Source of the DNA: Phoronis australis
Taxonomy: Eukaryota; Animalia; Phoronida
Direction: 5' to 3'
DNA length: 64,000 bases
Assembly: GCA_002633005.1 (NCBI GenBank)
Contig: NMRA01000089.1
Coordinates: 874,003-938,002 of the forward strand
In this document: positions 50,601 through 62,806 of the stretch, one piece after another
Numbering within the stretch: the first letter of the stretch is position 1
Layout of the letters: the number at the start of each line of letters is the position of its first letter
Made by a program: the position numbers and the translations under genes
The notes under the pieces: generated by a model
Databases searched by the model: none
Told to the model about the DNA's origin: nothing
Seen by the model: only the letters and a program-made list of their open reading frames with translations

Positions 50601-53600
50601 AAATAACCAAATAACCAAACTGGATATATCAGGTAAGTTACATCGAAAGGTACTACTTCAAATTGCTAGATGCTCTCACTGCTATTGCAGTTGCAAATAT
50701 TTTAAAACGACAAGTGCACTGGATAGAGACGTTTATTCACAGTTGTTGTTCCGACATGTACGTCAATCCGTGAAACGTCATGGCGGACGTCAAGGATATC
50801 GCAACTCCGTTTACAAAACATCTCCCAACATCAATTGCTCAAGTGCTGGTAAGAGTGCGAGAACACTCCCAGGTACACGAGTACGCCTAATTTACATGCG
50901 AAGGAGGTGACACAATAAGAATTACAGATACGGCGCGCGACATGGTCACGTGTTACGATTTATACAAAACATATACAATAGATGGCGCAGTCATCGTTAC
51001 AGCTATCATTTCTTGATTCGATTATAATGCAGGGAGAAAAGAAAATGTCATGTTTTTCAAATCGTGCCATTTCTCAAAACAAACTGATAACAACGAATTG
51101 ATCTGAGGTGCGACACTTGGTAAAATTTATGGCGTGTATTACATACGGAAACAATATTCGCAGTTAACGTGTAAAAGTGAACTTCTTAAAACAAAAGAAG
51201 AACGTATAGAAGAACGTACTTAAAAGTCTCAATAATACAACAATAACTCTAGACATGTTACTGTTTTATTGCAGGTTGTGGGCTCACCGAGAAGGATGCA
51301 ATACACATTGCCGATATTTTAAATGTACGTAAAATTCATTGTAACTCACTATTGCTTAAATCAGTTTGCTCAAAACAATAGTATGAAATCTATACCATTG
51401 AGCGCGTTATCAATTGTGGAGAGAAGGTGAGGGAATGTAACCGACACCTACCACACTATGAGAGAGGGTGATGTTTCGCAGTTGCGGAACCATGGATTGC
51501 GGTCCCTTGTTTTTGTATTACTCCAATGGCGGAATATGGTAGATCCTTTCTCATCATCCTGGATTCACGCTTGCGTTGTTCTCATTCTCAGTACCAAAAT
51601 GCTATTGTTGCAACTGTGTGAAAATTGTGCAGAGTATATCTAGTTGTATGATATAAAGATTGCGTGCTTCGGAGCCCAGTTTGTTCTCTCAAGTGTATCA
51701 CAGGTAATTAGAGTGATATGGAAACATTCGTGTGTTTCATTACCGCTTTGTTTAAAACAATGGGAGCAACTGAAACGAGGATGAGTGACAAATCGATCCC
51801 TTCGTTGGTCTACAGCGGGCTACATTTATATCCCGAACTATTTTCCAGAATACGACTACCTTAGAGCATTTGATAATTACAAACAACGAGTTTGGAGACA
51901 AAGGTGGAGAAATTTTGGGCCCGGCAATTGGTAAGTGAAATCATAGAATACGAAGTTTGTTCGTATATCTCGTATCGTTCGTACCAAATACACACAGATT
52001 CTTCAAAAACACCAGAAATGGTAGAAGACCTTGACACGTGGACAAGCGCCTTGTATCATTTCGGCAAATATTTGCTGCTCAATTTAAAGATTTGCCCATT
52101 TAGTATAACGTAAATGCCAGATTTCCCTATTCAAGGATCAAACTTTTTTTCAATAATATACCTCAACCCAGAGAAACCATATATTTTGAAAAATAAAAAT
52201 TGTAGAAACGTATTGCGCTCTCAAAAATAATACCAAGACGTTTGTAGTCTCGTGACCTTTTTTTTTAAAAATCATGATTTTTCACGAAGATTGCCCTAAA
52301 TTCAGTATGCACGTGATTTTTTTTACTTGTAAATTTTGTCACGACTATTAGCTCGTGAAATCTGAAGTCAAAAAGTCGTCATTTTTTGGAAGTCGAATTC
52401 TCAAGCTAAAATGTCTAAATGACACACACTTTTGTTTCTAATAAAATAAAGGAATAGATGCATTTCGTCCTATTTGCATACGTAAATCGAATATGACTTT
52501 TACTCTCATGAAACAAAAAAATTAAAATTGTCCTTACCATGACAGGTCTTAATGGTTTCTGTTGAAGAACATTCACTCCCTCAACAGGTCAAGAAACGCG
52601 TCTGAAAATCAAGAGTTTTTGGAAATTGGCCAATCTTAGCACTCAGAGAATTCCATTTAAAACATGGTCAGTCACATGACACAATAATGACCAATTCCCT
52701 GTGTACATCGAGCTGTTGGTCGTGGCTCTTCAGTTAAGGTCAGCACATACGAATAACCATGGGAGGCACAGCACTGAAAAAAGTGGGGGGCTAAAGCCCC
52801 TCAGCCCACCTGTGGTGCATCACCTGTAGATCATGTACGGCGTAGCACTGAAAAAACTGGGGGGCTATAGCCCCCCCCCAGCCCCCTATGGTGCGCCGCC
52901 CATGATAGCTTGATAGCAGCTGAGCAATCGTACTGAAATGCACTTTTGGTCAGCCAAACCTCAATGAGGTTATTCGCACACTGTGAGCAAATTACTTAAT
53001 GACCTGTTATTTACGTTTGCAATAAACATCGTAAGTGTAGCACACACGGGGAGAATGAGGCAGCGAAGAGATTTGTTGTTGTGATGCAATATTTAATTTC
53101 CATTGGCTACCGAAGGTAATTAGCAAACCATTGAACTCACCTCGCCCACATGCTGTGAGGATTTGCGCTCGCCGAATAAAATTTATCCAACAAGTGAGAC
53201 GTTTGCGTCGTCGCTTGGCGAGCCAAAATCCTATCGCAGACGAGAGCTATGAGCTGAGCTCATTTGGATTTGAGGTACATAGTTCTTCGTCTGCGCTGGC
53301 CATTAAAAACTCGAAAATATGTTTAGTGACAGTTAAACAATGCGAAATGCAGTTTTAAATGACGTCCAAAAAGTTGTACGACTTTTGAAGTTACGGTAAT
53401 TTATGTGAAACATAAATAATCACTAACTTTTGTGTATCATTTTCGGTGCATGTATGCATTTCGTTTCAATGATCGCCGAGAGTTTTAAACACATATAGTT
53501 CACGGGTTAAAAATTAGTATTCAAATATATTTTAAGACAACTGCAGACATTCATGATAACATCACACAACTGTATTGCAGTTTGAGGATTACAATAAAAT

Positions 53601-56600
53601 ATTTCCACATTACAGGTGCTAACGACAGCTTACTAACCTTGGATTTGAGTTGGAACCACTTACGTCTGAAGGGTGCCATAGCCGTAGCTGATGGTTTAAA
53701 GGTAATCTTCGTAATAATTTATAATGCATTTACTTGTCTATTGTAACTTTTTCGTGCTATACATGTGAGTGTGTTTTCATTTATTCTTTCAAGTTGTTTT
53801 TGTTCAGTCGTAACATTGCTGTGATTCAGATATATTGATTATTCTACAAGAATGCAGTCACTGTAATATTTCCTAATAATTTCAATAACTTTTGTATCAT
53901 TTTAATTTTTAAACTTGGACATCATTTGGAATAAGTTCCACACCTTCCGGTGCATAATCCATCGAATTTACTCGTATCTTGTCTTGTCCTGTTCCCTGAA
54001 AGTTTGTCATGATGACTAAATAAGTTCAATCAATCAATCAATCAATCAATCGATGAATCAATCAATCAATCAATCATTCAACCAACCACTATTAAAACAA
54101 ATCAATCAATCGTTCATTCCAATATGTAACATGATTGGTATTGACTTTTTTAAAAGTTTATTCCATCAGCCAACCACGCATGAGTTCAAGTACAGCGATG
54201 AAATTCAAATAAGTAGTACTGATATTAGCCAAAACCTTAAAGTAAACGTTTTATATAGTACCAGGGGGTACTAAAAACCAACCAGGTGTTCTAAAAGAGC
54301 GTCATTTATGAGTAGGCGTTAAATCGACTATTTGGAGCGACTGTTTTCGAATGCCAACTGTGTAATTACAACGATGCCGTTAATCACGTAACCATGGAAT
54401 CGCTATGGCAGGGGACTACTTAACTATATGACCATTAATAACTTAACGTTTTCAGATGAACAACACGTTAAAAACGCTCAATGTGTCGTGGAACGGATTC
54501 TCAAAAGAGGGCGCGAAGGTACTGGGTGAAGCTCTCGCAATCAACAACACTCTTCAAGAGTTGGATGCGTCTTGTAACCGTCTGACTGTTGAAGCAATAG
54601 ACGCTTTGATGAAAGAAACTGTTCAGAACCAAACTTTGCGTAGACTGAAGGTGAGAACGACCTGCGCTGTGACCTGTCGCTTTATGATATTACACGTACG
54701 GCTGAAACGGTGGAACTGCGCGTGCAGTTAACCAGAAATCAATGCTTTAGCTCTTGTACCCTCTGACACAGCGCCACCTATACTGAACAGTGGCCCTGTG
54801 GAAACATGATGAAAGACACACGGAATTCCGTGTGCGGGCATCAATACGCATGCTTGGTCGGAAGTTTATCGATCACATCGCCACCACTTGCACAGGCCTT
54901 CTATGCACTGTACTTGTTTGAGCTTAGCCACGGATTCGAGGTTCCCTTGATTTTGTTTTCTTCGATCACTACCTGTTTTAATAAATTGCAACTATTTTAG
55001 TCAAAGGTGGTCGCCATACTACGTAACAGTAAACTGAAAGGTGTTTCCCAGATTTCAACCAATGGGAATGACTGAATTTATGACGTCGGTTTCATTACTT
55101 TAACCAATGAGAAGCCATGATAAAAAACATCTACAGTGCAACGTTTCGTAGAACTGCGAAAGAGTGTATAGCTCTTGTTCGGTAAAGCGGATGCTAAAAC
55201 CCACGCTTCGTCCAAATTGCTAACTTCTGATTTAGACCACTCACTCCTGTAAACTTTGTCTGAATTTGTTTCTTACTCACACGAGTTTGCAAAGAAATGA
55301 CAGTTCTTTGTATCTGAATACCCTGCTTGGCGCAGAAAATGTCAAGCAGTGAAACATAGTTCACTGTGATGCTCAAGCCACACAGAAAAAGCATTTTTAT
55401 CATAAATGCCCAGTTTAAATAATGCTACGGCTTCTTGGTTTTGAAATAAGTAATGTGCACATTAGTTTTCTGGACAGGTTTGTTATTTGCCTTACTCAGC
55501 ATTTCTGCAAAAAAACCGGAAGGACAAAACCGTCACTCAAAAACTGAAACAGAACCGATATTTGTTAATCGTTGGTTCAGCCCCAGTTACGTGTGGCCGA
55601 AGGCGAAGTAGCGGCACTGACACTTGTCTGTGCCTACAAGAACATTGCCACGTGACTACTAGACTCAAAACGATCCGATGTTTTCAAAAAAAGAAAATTG
55701 CTCAAGTGTTTTGTATATGGATTTTCCACTACTTCAACTGCAAACGGAGGCGACTATTTCTTAAATTTGTATTAGTGCATGTCTTAAAATAGAGCTTTTT
55801 TCTTGAAAAATGACTGAAGACTTATATCACAAATTTGAACTGACGCCTCCACTTTACATTTACTAAATTAAGGTTTGGTTATGTACTTGTTATCACATCG
55901 CAGCCAGGAAATAATCTAGAAAAACGAGGTTACTTGTCTATTTTCAGAGACTACGTATTTCTGCTTAAATGAGATATAATTATTGTTTCAAAAATAATTA
56001 GGTGGAGTGTAAGACCAAATTTCTTTCTAAGTCTTGAATCAATTTTACTGAAACTGGCCCCAGGGTGCTTTCTGTGTGTCTTTCACGCTATTTTTCATTT
56101 CAAGCGGCATTAAACACGTGCCTTTCTGTCAAAATAGTTTTAACTTAGGCCACACCCCGTGGCCTGAAAGTTTGTAAGCTTCGTCTTCACAAATAACAAT
56201 TTGATAACTCTTGCCGAGAGATCAATTTTAAGCTGAGTAAGGTACAAGATATGATCAATTTTAGAACTGTAAGATGCCTATATCAAGCTCGTTTTTTTGA
56301 CAGAAAGCACGTGTTTAATCCAGCTTTGAAAAGCACGTATGAAATTAGAAGCACGTCAAAATCCAACGGTTCGTAATAAGTGACGCTTCACCCACACGTT
56401 ACTATAAAACTTAATCTTTTGTCTTACTTAAGTCCTAAAAGCTATGTGGGTAATTCCGGATGAAAACTCAACTTTACCTACAATATCAACGTCAATATTT
56501 TGCAAACTTCAACGAGTTAAAACAGATTCTTTGAAATTGATAATACGGTATTCCTTAACTTCGTCTCAAAATTGTCAAGTCTAATTCAAAATTTCACTGT

Positions 56601-59600
56601 TTGAAAATACTAATAAAAAGTTAATTTTATTTTCTAAATGTTCCAAATTTCGTTTTGTACATTTCTAATACAGACTTCGGGTACCGTTTTATGTCTCTAC
56701 ATCAGTGCATGAATTTTAAAGAACAACAAAAGTAATGCTTACTTATAAAAATTAATGATAGTTTTATTTTCCGACAGCTCAATCGTAATCCAATGGGCGT
56801 GAAAGGTGCCTTCAATTTACTGGAAAAGTTGAAGACGTGGTCAGAAATGCCGTTACGTCGCCTCGAACTTTACGTAAGTGTACTGCAAAATCAGGGCTGA
56901 TCATTATCTCAGCGTTAACTCTTATCAACGAAATTCCCACTCGGTCTCTAATTAGAAGCGCTTCGTTGCAATTTACACTTTAAAAAATTACAACTCCTTC
57001 CCTGTGCAGTTAACAAATACGCTAATTCGCCGTGCTCTTCCTTTCTTTACATCAAATCAGAAGGCATCGATTTCCATCCACAGAAAGATATCACTGAAAT
57101 CGCAACATTTCTCAAACTATTTCTGTGTTTTTGCAAAGTTCATGAAAGTGATATCACCATAAGTCAGCGCGCTGGTTCCCTGCATGCCGCTAGGTGGTCG
57201 GTAGCCTGCTAGCTAGGCTAGGCACGCAGGGAGCATCAGTCAGCTGCGGCGGCCATGTTGTTGGTGCGGTGCCGGCTAAAAACGAAAGAATCGAATGAAG
57301 ACTTTTATTCTCAAAATCTCGGGGTTTCATAATGTTCCCTACCGTGACAGGACTCTGTTTGGGTACACATATAAGCAATGTCTGTGACTTGAGTTAGTAA
57401 TGGAATGATAGAATCTTATCACGATAATGAATATTAGGAGACCGATTTTATGATAGCAAAAATCGATTTTCATCTATTAGACAGTTATACATGAAGAAAT
57501 GCAACTTTAAAAATTCTGTAATTATTATATTGAGAAACTTGACGTCATGTTAAAGAAGTATTTGGGAACTAAATTTTCCTAAACTGCTTTTTGTTAAATT
57601 CGTTAAATGGAGAAATTAAAGTGGAGTTAAAATTTGCCTTGACACGTTACCATATTTTTATTTTAAGTTGTAATTGTCATAATTTGGAAGGTCTGACTTA
57701 TAAATATTCTCCTAGTCGACTAAAATAAACTCCTATCATGATAAGGATAGTACTGAGACCAGTTTTTCATACCTTCCGCAATCGGTCACGTAGGCTAGGT
57801 CTCTATTGCTTATTCCCAACACTTTATGGTCATCCACTCTGGTTTCCAAAAAACTTTCAGAATATGAAGATAAGTTCATATTACGGAATGCTATTTATTC
57901 CTGGTGGACTCAACACATGACAAGTTTTGACATTTCTTAAAATCTTCAGAAAACATCGGCAACACGTGATATGTAAACTCCGAGCATGACTTCATACTGT
58001 TACTCAAGTAATAATGCAGAAACAAGGTATGTCTGTCCCAAATATGAGACCGTGTGACGCGGCCACTAGGGGCCGCAATTGATGTATCGGTTTCAGAAGT
58101 TAATCTAGTTTTGATTTTTGTTGCAACGCCGAATGAAATGCAGTGTAATTGTGTCTGCTTATTTTGAGTTAATAAAATAGACGTCAAATGAAAATTATGT
58201 CAAGAACAGTTAATTAAGAGCGATAGGAAATAGTATTTTGATTGTAGTTCGTATCAAAGTTAGTAGCAAAATTATATTGCCATACTGACTCATTTGATGA
58301 GAGCTGCCGGAAGCTGTGTAACTGATCACACTCTCCGGTGTGCTTACGATAGACTGTAGTCGTACAATATCCGTCACTCGCGTGTTCACCAAATGTTGAA
58401 TTAGACCGCTGCAATAACTGCTTTTGATCAATGCTAATAAAAGAGAATTGTGAGCGATGCATTGCTGCATATCGAGCTATTTGTGAAATGGTAGTTATGA
58501 ACTAAATACAAGTTAATGTGGGTTTTAGTGTAGATGATTAAGCATTACGTAAATACTTCAACCAAGCTCTTTAATTGCGTTCCCAGTGGTCGAGTTGCGT
58601 GTTTCATGCAGAAACTTAATTGTCACAAAACAAGTCATAATTACTAAAGAATCTTGAAACGCGTCAGACCGTCTTTTGCAAACATGTTTTGAATTTTTCT
58701 GAGGTACGGAATCAGACTACCCGAACAACGAATCCCACACATCTATAGACGATGGAAAGAATTGGACAAGTAAAGAAACGTTTGCATGGGCAGATAGATT
58801 CATTCAACTAAATCTTCCAAATTTGAGAGCTTTGGAAAAAGTAGTTTCAGGTGGACTATTTTGTGATTTGCGTTACTCGTTAACCTTGGCTTTTAGGAGC
58901 AATATAAACTTTGTTGTCTTTTTCATCAAAACGAAATTTTTCAAGTGATGTTCTGCTTAACAATGAAACAGCAGCTGTTTCACTCAAAAAACATGGTCGA
59001 CAAGTTCACGGCTATTATCGTGGTAACGTTTTAGTCTCGTGTCGCACTCACGCGACATTAATTACTAATTTGGTCCAAATCAATTGATTCCAGCAGTTAC
59101 GCACTGAATGTTCACTAAGGTGGATTATTTGTGAGAAAGTAGGAGGCAATACTATTTTTAATAAAACGAGTTTCTAATCAATAAACGACAGGATAATAAT
59201 TTTTGTTTGTGAGTTCAATTAATCTTCCCATAGCGGTACATGTCATATTCAATAAGTCGCTAATGCAAAATTTGTACTTGGCGCCAATTCGAAGACTGAA
59301 TATCAGATAGATATTAGCGTCCAGCTTGCTAAATCTTTTCATATTCGGTAAAAAATTTAGACAAATAAAACAGTATTTGACCTAAGGTTTGGATTTTCAT
59401 GAAACCTACCGCCAGTCAATGGTTGACGTCCTCGATAGACTTACAAAAAATTGCTTCTCAGCTCTCAACAAAGTGTAGTGACTAAATGACTAATGGTTCT
59501 AATGGAAAAGTAAAACATTTAGGTGATACCATAACCGATATTTTTGAGCATAGAAAGCACAGCAAGTAAAAAACAAAGCTTGGGGCAATGCTGTTGACAT

Positions 59601-62600
59601 TAGAAGCTACACACTTCGGTGGTAAACTGGACAAGATATTACTCCTTGGTTGGTGAAATGAAGACAACAAAACCTTCTGAGTTGTGTACTTAAAATGACA
59701 ACGAACTTTCAAAATATTTGAGTACCTGTAAAATAGCAATGCATATCGCGAACACTTCCGACTTATTCCACCATTTGGATTAAACAACCACTGTCGGAAA
59801 CGCCTAAATTTCAGTTTAAAAAAAACAAAAAAAAACAGTGCAGGTGGTCTGATGTCATTTGCGGTGCATCAGACGTGCGCAGGCCTCATGGTTGGGCCCA
59901 TTGCACAAAACACCTGAAATTTCAGTTTTAGTCAAGCATAGATTACATGCGCGCGCACCCAGCCTAAAATACAGGGGCTCGAATTTTTCAGTATGTGGAT
60001 CTTTTACTGAAAAAAGAAGACTAAAAACGGGGTTTTGCGTTGAGACCTATGAATTAAGCATTTCCTGTGGACTTTTGTCGCGTTTTCTCGGAATTTTTAT
60101 TTCTCTGAGGCGGACCTGTTTGTCTTCTTCGCCAAATGAGGCTCATTCGAGCTCCCCGAACCCCCCCCCCTCCTGGATGCGCGCATGGATTACTACTGGC
60201 TTTGACTTTAACATAGAATGCTACATTTCTGACGGCGTTTTGGACAATTTAGTATATTTCATTTACTCTGAAATGTATTTTGAATCTTCCTAGTTGATTT
60301 TCAGTAGTAATGAAGACCCACGCAGCGGTCTGGACGGATTCGCTAATTAAATTTACTGTGGATCTTTCGGTTAAAGTAATCAGTGTACTCCACTGGGTCT
60401 TTGCATTGATTATGTGAATTAGGCACACTAAGTCTCCGTATTAAAAAAAACGAAACAAAGGTTTCACCTTGAAACATGAAACAAAACAATGGTATTCAAA
60501 AATGGATTTTCAGAGAATATATTCGTTTTAAGGGCTGAAAAAAGCATTTTCGGAATCATTGATGCTCTGGTGTGAAAACCGGGGGAACACTCCTTTACTC
60601 GAATCAGCATTTTCGTAACTTGCTCAGAGCGTCACCACTTCCGGTTTGAGGTACTCTTATTTTTATTTATCTCCGTTTTCTAGAAATCGACAGAAAAGGT
60701 TCACGGTGCCTATTGTAGGTAACGAAACATGTCAAATTACCAAAAAATAACCTTCAGAAAAGGTAACATTGCCGAAACATGAAATGCGTCTGCTTGCACT
60801 TCCTCGACCAGTCTGTAAGCACAAGGTTTCAAATGGTTTCAGGAAGTTGGGCAAATTATGTTCGGCACCCCGTAAACTAAAACTCTTATAGTATCGTCCG
60901 TGTAATGAGTCAGTGAGCCGGCGTGTTTTTTAAGTACGCACGCGTTATATCTTATGAGTGTTTGGCCGTGTTTGTGAGTCACTTAGCTAATGAGTTTACA
61001 GGTCGTGAGCCGTGTTGTTCGGGTGTCCTGGAACTGCGACAAAAAATCTCTAGGGCTTCTTGGTTGGCGTACGCGCTGTTCTTTAATTCATTTCGACTAA
61101 ACGTTTACTAGGGCGAAAGTTATTAGAGAGCGTCAAAGTGATGCAAAATAATCTGAGAAGCTCGTGTCAATGTTCAACGGCATCTATTTATGGCCGTCTT
61201 TTACTGCTTAATTAAATCTAGAATTGGAAAATATCATTCCGATTGTTTAGTCGTCATTTGAATTCCAGAAAATGGTTGACGTAAAATTCACCGGTTGATA
61301 CATCTTTAATAACGCCTTTAAGTTTTGAAAGTGGTCAGCTGGTTCCTACGCCCTTGCTTAGACAACCAGTATTTGTATAACATACTCCGAGGATCGTGCA
61401 TTCGCAGGAATCATGGATATAAATAGTCTAAATATCTATGGCAACATTATGCCACACGCGTGGCGAATGTCTCCAGGACAGAGCTCGACGCGATGCAACT
61501 ACTTGTGACACTTCCTTATTGCATAAACGTTTCTTAGTGATATTCTGTAAATGTATAACTCATTACATATTCTTAAAGAACTCATTAACATTAGGGGCTC
61601 AGTGTCAGTGACCTTCAATAAAGATAAATATTTGCAGTTGTCATTGCGACCAAACCGTTCGTTGCAGAATGTTCAGATGGACGCCAAAGAAATTGCCACC
61701 TGTTTAAATGAAATCCAGGAACTGTATCCTTCGCTAGTCATTCGCCAGGGGTCACTAACGCACAAAGATGACAAGAAAACGAAAGTGAGGCTTGGTCGCC
61801 AAGAAGATCCAATGGAGGTTTTGATGAATTTTGTCAAAGAGAAAGAAATAAACACAATTGACTTATTCAAGCAGTTTGACACAGACAACAGCTGGAGTGT
61901 CAGCAGAGACGAGTTCAGATTGGGAATAAAGGTATTGATAGGAATAATACTTCTTGCAGAGGTCTGAGCTCAGCCGGAGTTGATCTCTCCAAACGTTTGT
62001 AACCTCACTGCCCCTTGACTTTAGTACAACTGTCGAAAAACAATGATCGGAATCCCAAAGTTAGTACAAATCATATTGTTAGATCTGCATATTATACGAC
62101 ACCATTCCAGCGAAAGTTAATATACAAACAAAAATAAAATGAATTGACATACGACCTTGGTAATGACACACGCATTTGTGAGAATCTATTATTGATGGCT
62201 TTCAGATTGCATGGCCGGCCGGCTGTATAGGATGGACGTTTTTCATTTCTCCCTGTCCCTTTTATCTTAACTTCAATGGATGTCTTTTGTTAGCTGCAAC
62301 AATTAGGACGGGTCTTTCTGAAATAAAAGATCCTATGAAAGGTTTTGACTGGGTACTTGTGACAAATGGGCAAAATAAGTGGAAAAATATTCGTCGTAAA
62401 TAATATTGTTGGAAGATGTAATAAAATAAAGTACATCGTGAATTTGAATACACTGTAGTGACGAATCTGAGATGGTCAAATCATACTTCATCACTCAGTA
62501 CGTTGATTTTAACTACATGGTGAGTTGTAGCTTTCAACATCAGCATCCAAAAGAAAATTGTCAGAACCATTAGAAGAAAAGTGCATCAATACACGAAATA

Positions 62601-62806
62601 CCCCCCTTTATGTAAATCGTCTGCTAACTATGAATATAGTTGATAAATCGAATTGAGAGCTTGTCAAGTTTCATTGCAGTAACTTTGCTAAGCGTGCTAC
62701 TTTTTGTTACATGATTGCAGATAGCCAAGATACCGTTGTCTGACGATCAATTAATTACATTAATGGACAAATTAGATGCCGACGGCGACGGGGAAATTGA
62801 TTTTGG
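47466..62806 (+). CDS. LRRC74A: LRRC74A/B-like leucine-rich repeat (RNI-like) protein with C-terminal EF-hand pair; 12 exons in window, 3'-incomplete (>530 aa)
   Basis: Exons 47466-47605, 48430-48647, 49538-49710, 50086-50193, 50539-50632, 51275-51324, 51849-51930, 53616-53701, 54456-54650, 56778-56873, 61668-61931, 62721-62806; all GT-AG and phase-consistent. Has the family N-terminal motif Y..ACK..NVVPSSYFMKN and ~28-aa LRRs (LDLSWNHLRLKGA, LNVSWNGFSKEGA). A vs B paralogue cannot be resolved by eye. Confidence 0.85.
48430..48647 (+). CDS. LRRC74A: LRRC74-like exon, basic then acidic segment ending YFDTDLEEE
   Basis: ORF 48437-48655; TATAG acceptor, GTGCGT donor. Confidence 0.8.
48770..49250 (+). 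mobile_element. 3' fragment of a LINE (RTEX-like C-terminus) in an LRRC74-like intron
   Basis: Frameshifted peptides RSALERFKRANHEPAVKIGRHTGLPREN and CIEDERHVLLECPLYYDL, followed by AATAAA (49235) and a TTA-rich tail. Clade assignment is from motif recall. Confidence 0.8.
49538..49710 (+). CDS. LRRC74A: LRRC74-like exon (YFYACKKFNVVPSSYFMKN...GIGDKGCAAMCVPLM)
   Basis: TTTCAG / GTACGT; family signature. Confidence 0.92.
50086..50193 (+). CDS. LRRC74A: LRRC74-like LRR exon (NNHTITTLELAGNAITAEGAEFLLEMFRENIFINDL)
   Basis: TTTCAG / GTAATG; LRR consensus. Confidence 0.92.
50539..50632 (+). CDS. LRRC74A: LRRC74-like LRR exon (SLAENPLGSEGAKIVSEILKINNQITKLDIS)
   Basis: TTGCAG / GTAAGT. Confidence 0.92.
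51275..51324 (+). CDS. LRRC74A: LRRC74-like LRR exon (GCGLTEKDAIHIADILN)
   Basis: TTGCAG / GTACGT; phase 1 to 0. Confidence 0.88.
51849..51930 (+). CDS. LRRC74A: LRRC74-like LRR exon (NTTTLEHLIITNNEFGDKGGEILGPAI)
   Basis: TTCCAG / GTAAGT. Confidence 0.92.
52758..52904. mobile_element. Head-to-tail dimer of a ~73-bp mini-MITE
   Basis: Two related units (52758-, 52832-), each CATG...AGCACTGAAAAAA.TGGGGGGCTA.AGCCCC...; outer TIR CATGGGAGGCAC / GCGCCGCCCATG; flanks ATAAC / ATAGC. Confidence 0.7.
53616..53701 (+). CDS. LRRC74A: LRRC74-like LRR exon (GANDSLLTLDLSWNHLRLKGAIAVADGLK)
   Basis: TACAG / GTAATC. Confidence 0.94.
54026..54111. repeat. (TCAA)n microsatellite, interrupted
   Basis: Runs of ATCA repeats. 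Confidence 0.9.
54456..54650 (+). CDS. LRRC74A: LRRC74-like LRR exon (MNNTLKTLNVSWNGF...LQELDASCNRL...LRRLK)
   Basis: TTTCAG / GTGAGA. Confidence 0.94.
56102..56326. mobile_element. MITE with ~32-bp TIRs (possibly Kolobok-like)
   Basis: AAGCGGCATTAAACACGTGCCTTTCTGTCAAAA versus reverse complement of the right end, AAGCTGGATTAAACACGTGCTTTCTGTCAAAA. Confidence 0.65.
56778..56873 (+). CDS. LRRC74A: LRRC74-like LRR exon (LNRNPMGVKGAFNLLEKLKTWSEMPLRRLELY)
   Basis: GACAG / GTAAGT; phase 0 to 0. Confidence 0.88.
59946..60187. mobile_element. MITE with CATGCGCGCA.CCAG termini and 5-bp TSD
   Basis: Left CATGCGCGCGCACCCAG, right CTGGATGCGCGCATG; GATTA direct repeat on both sides; subterminal GGGGCTCGAAT / ATTCGAGCTCC inverted pair. 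Confidence 0.75.
61668..61931 (+). CDS. LRRC74A: LRRC74-like exon with EF-hand 1 (LFKQFDTDNSWSVSRDEFRLGIK)
   Basis: Within ORF 61551-61967; TTGCAG / GTATTG. Confidence 0.88.
62721..62806 (+). CDS. LRRC74A: LRRC74-like exon with EF-hand 2 (IAKIPLSDDQLITLMDKLDADGDGEIDF)
   Basis: TTGCAG / GTGAGT; canonical DxDGDGxI loop. Confidence 0.92.
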
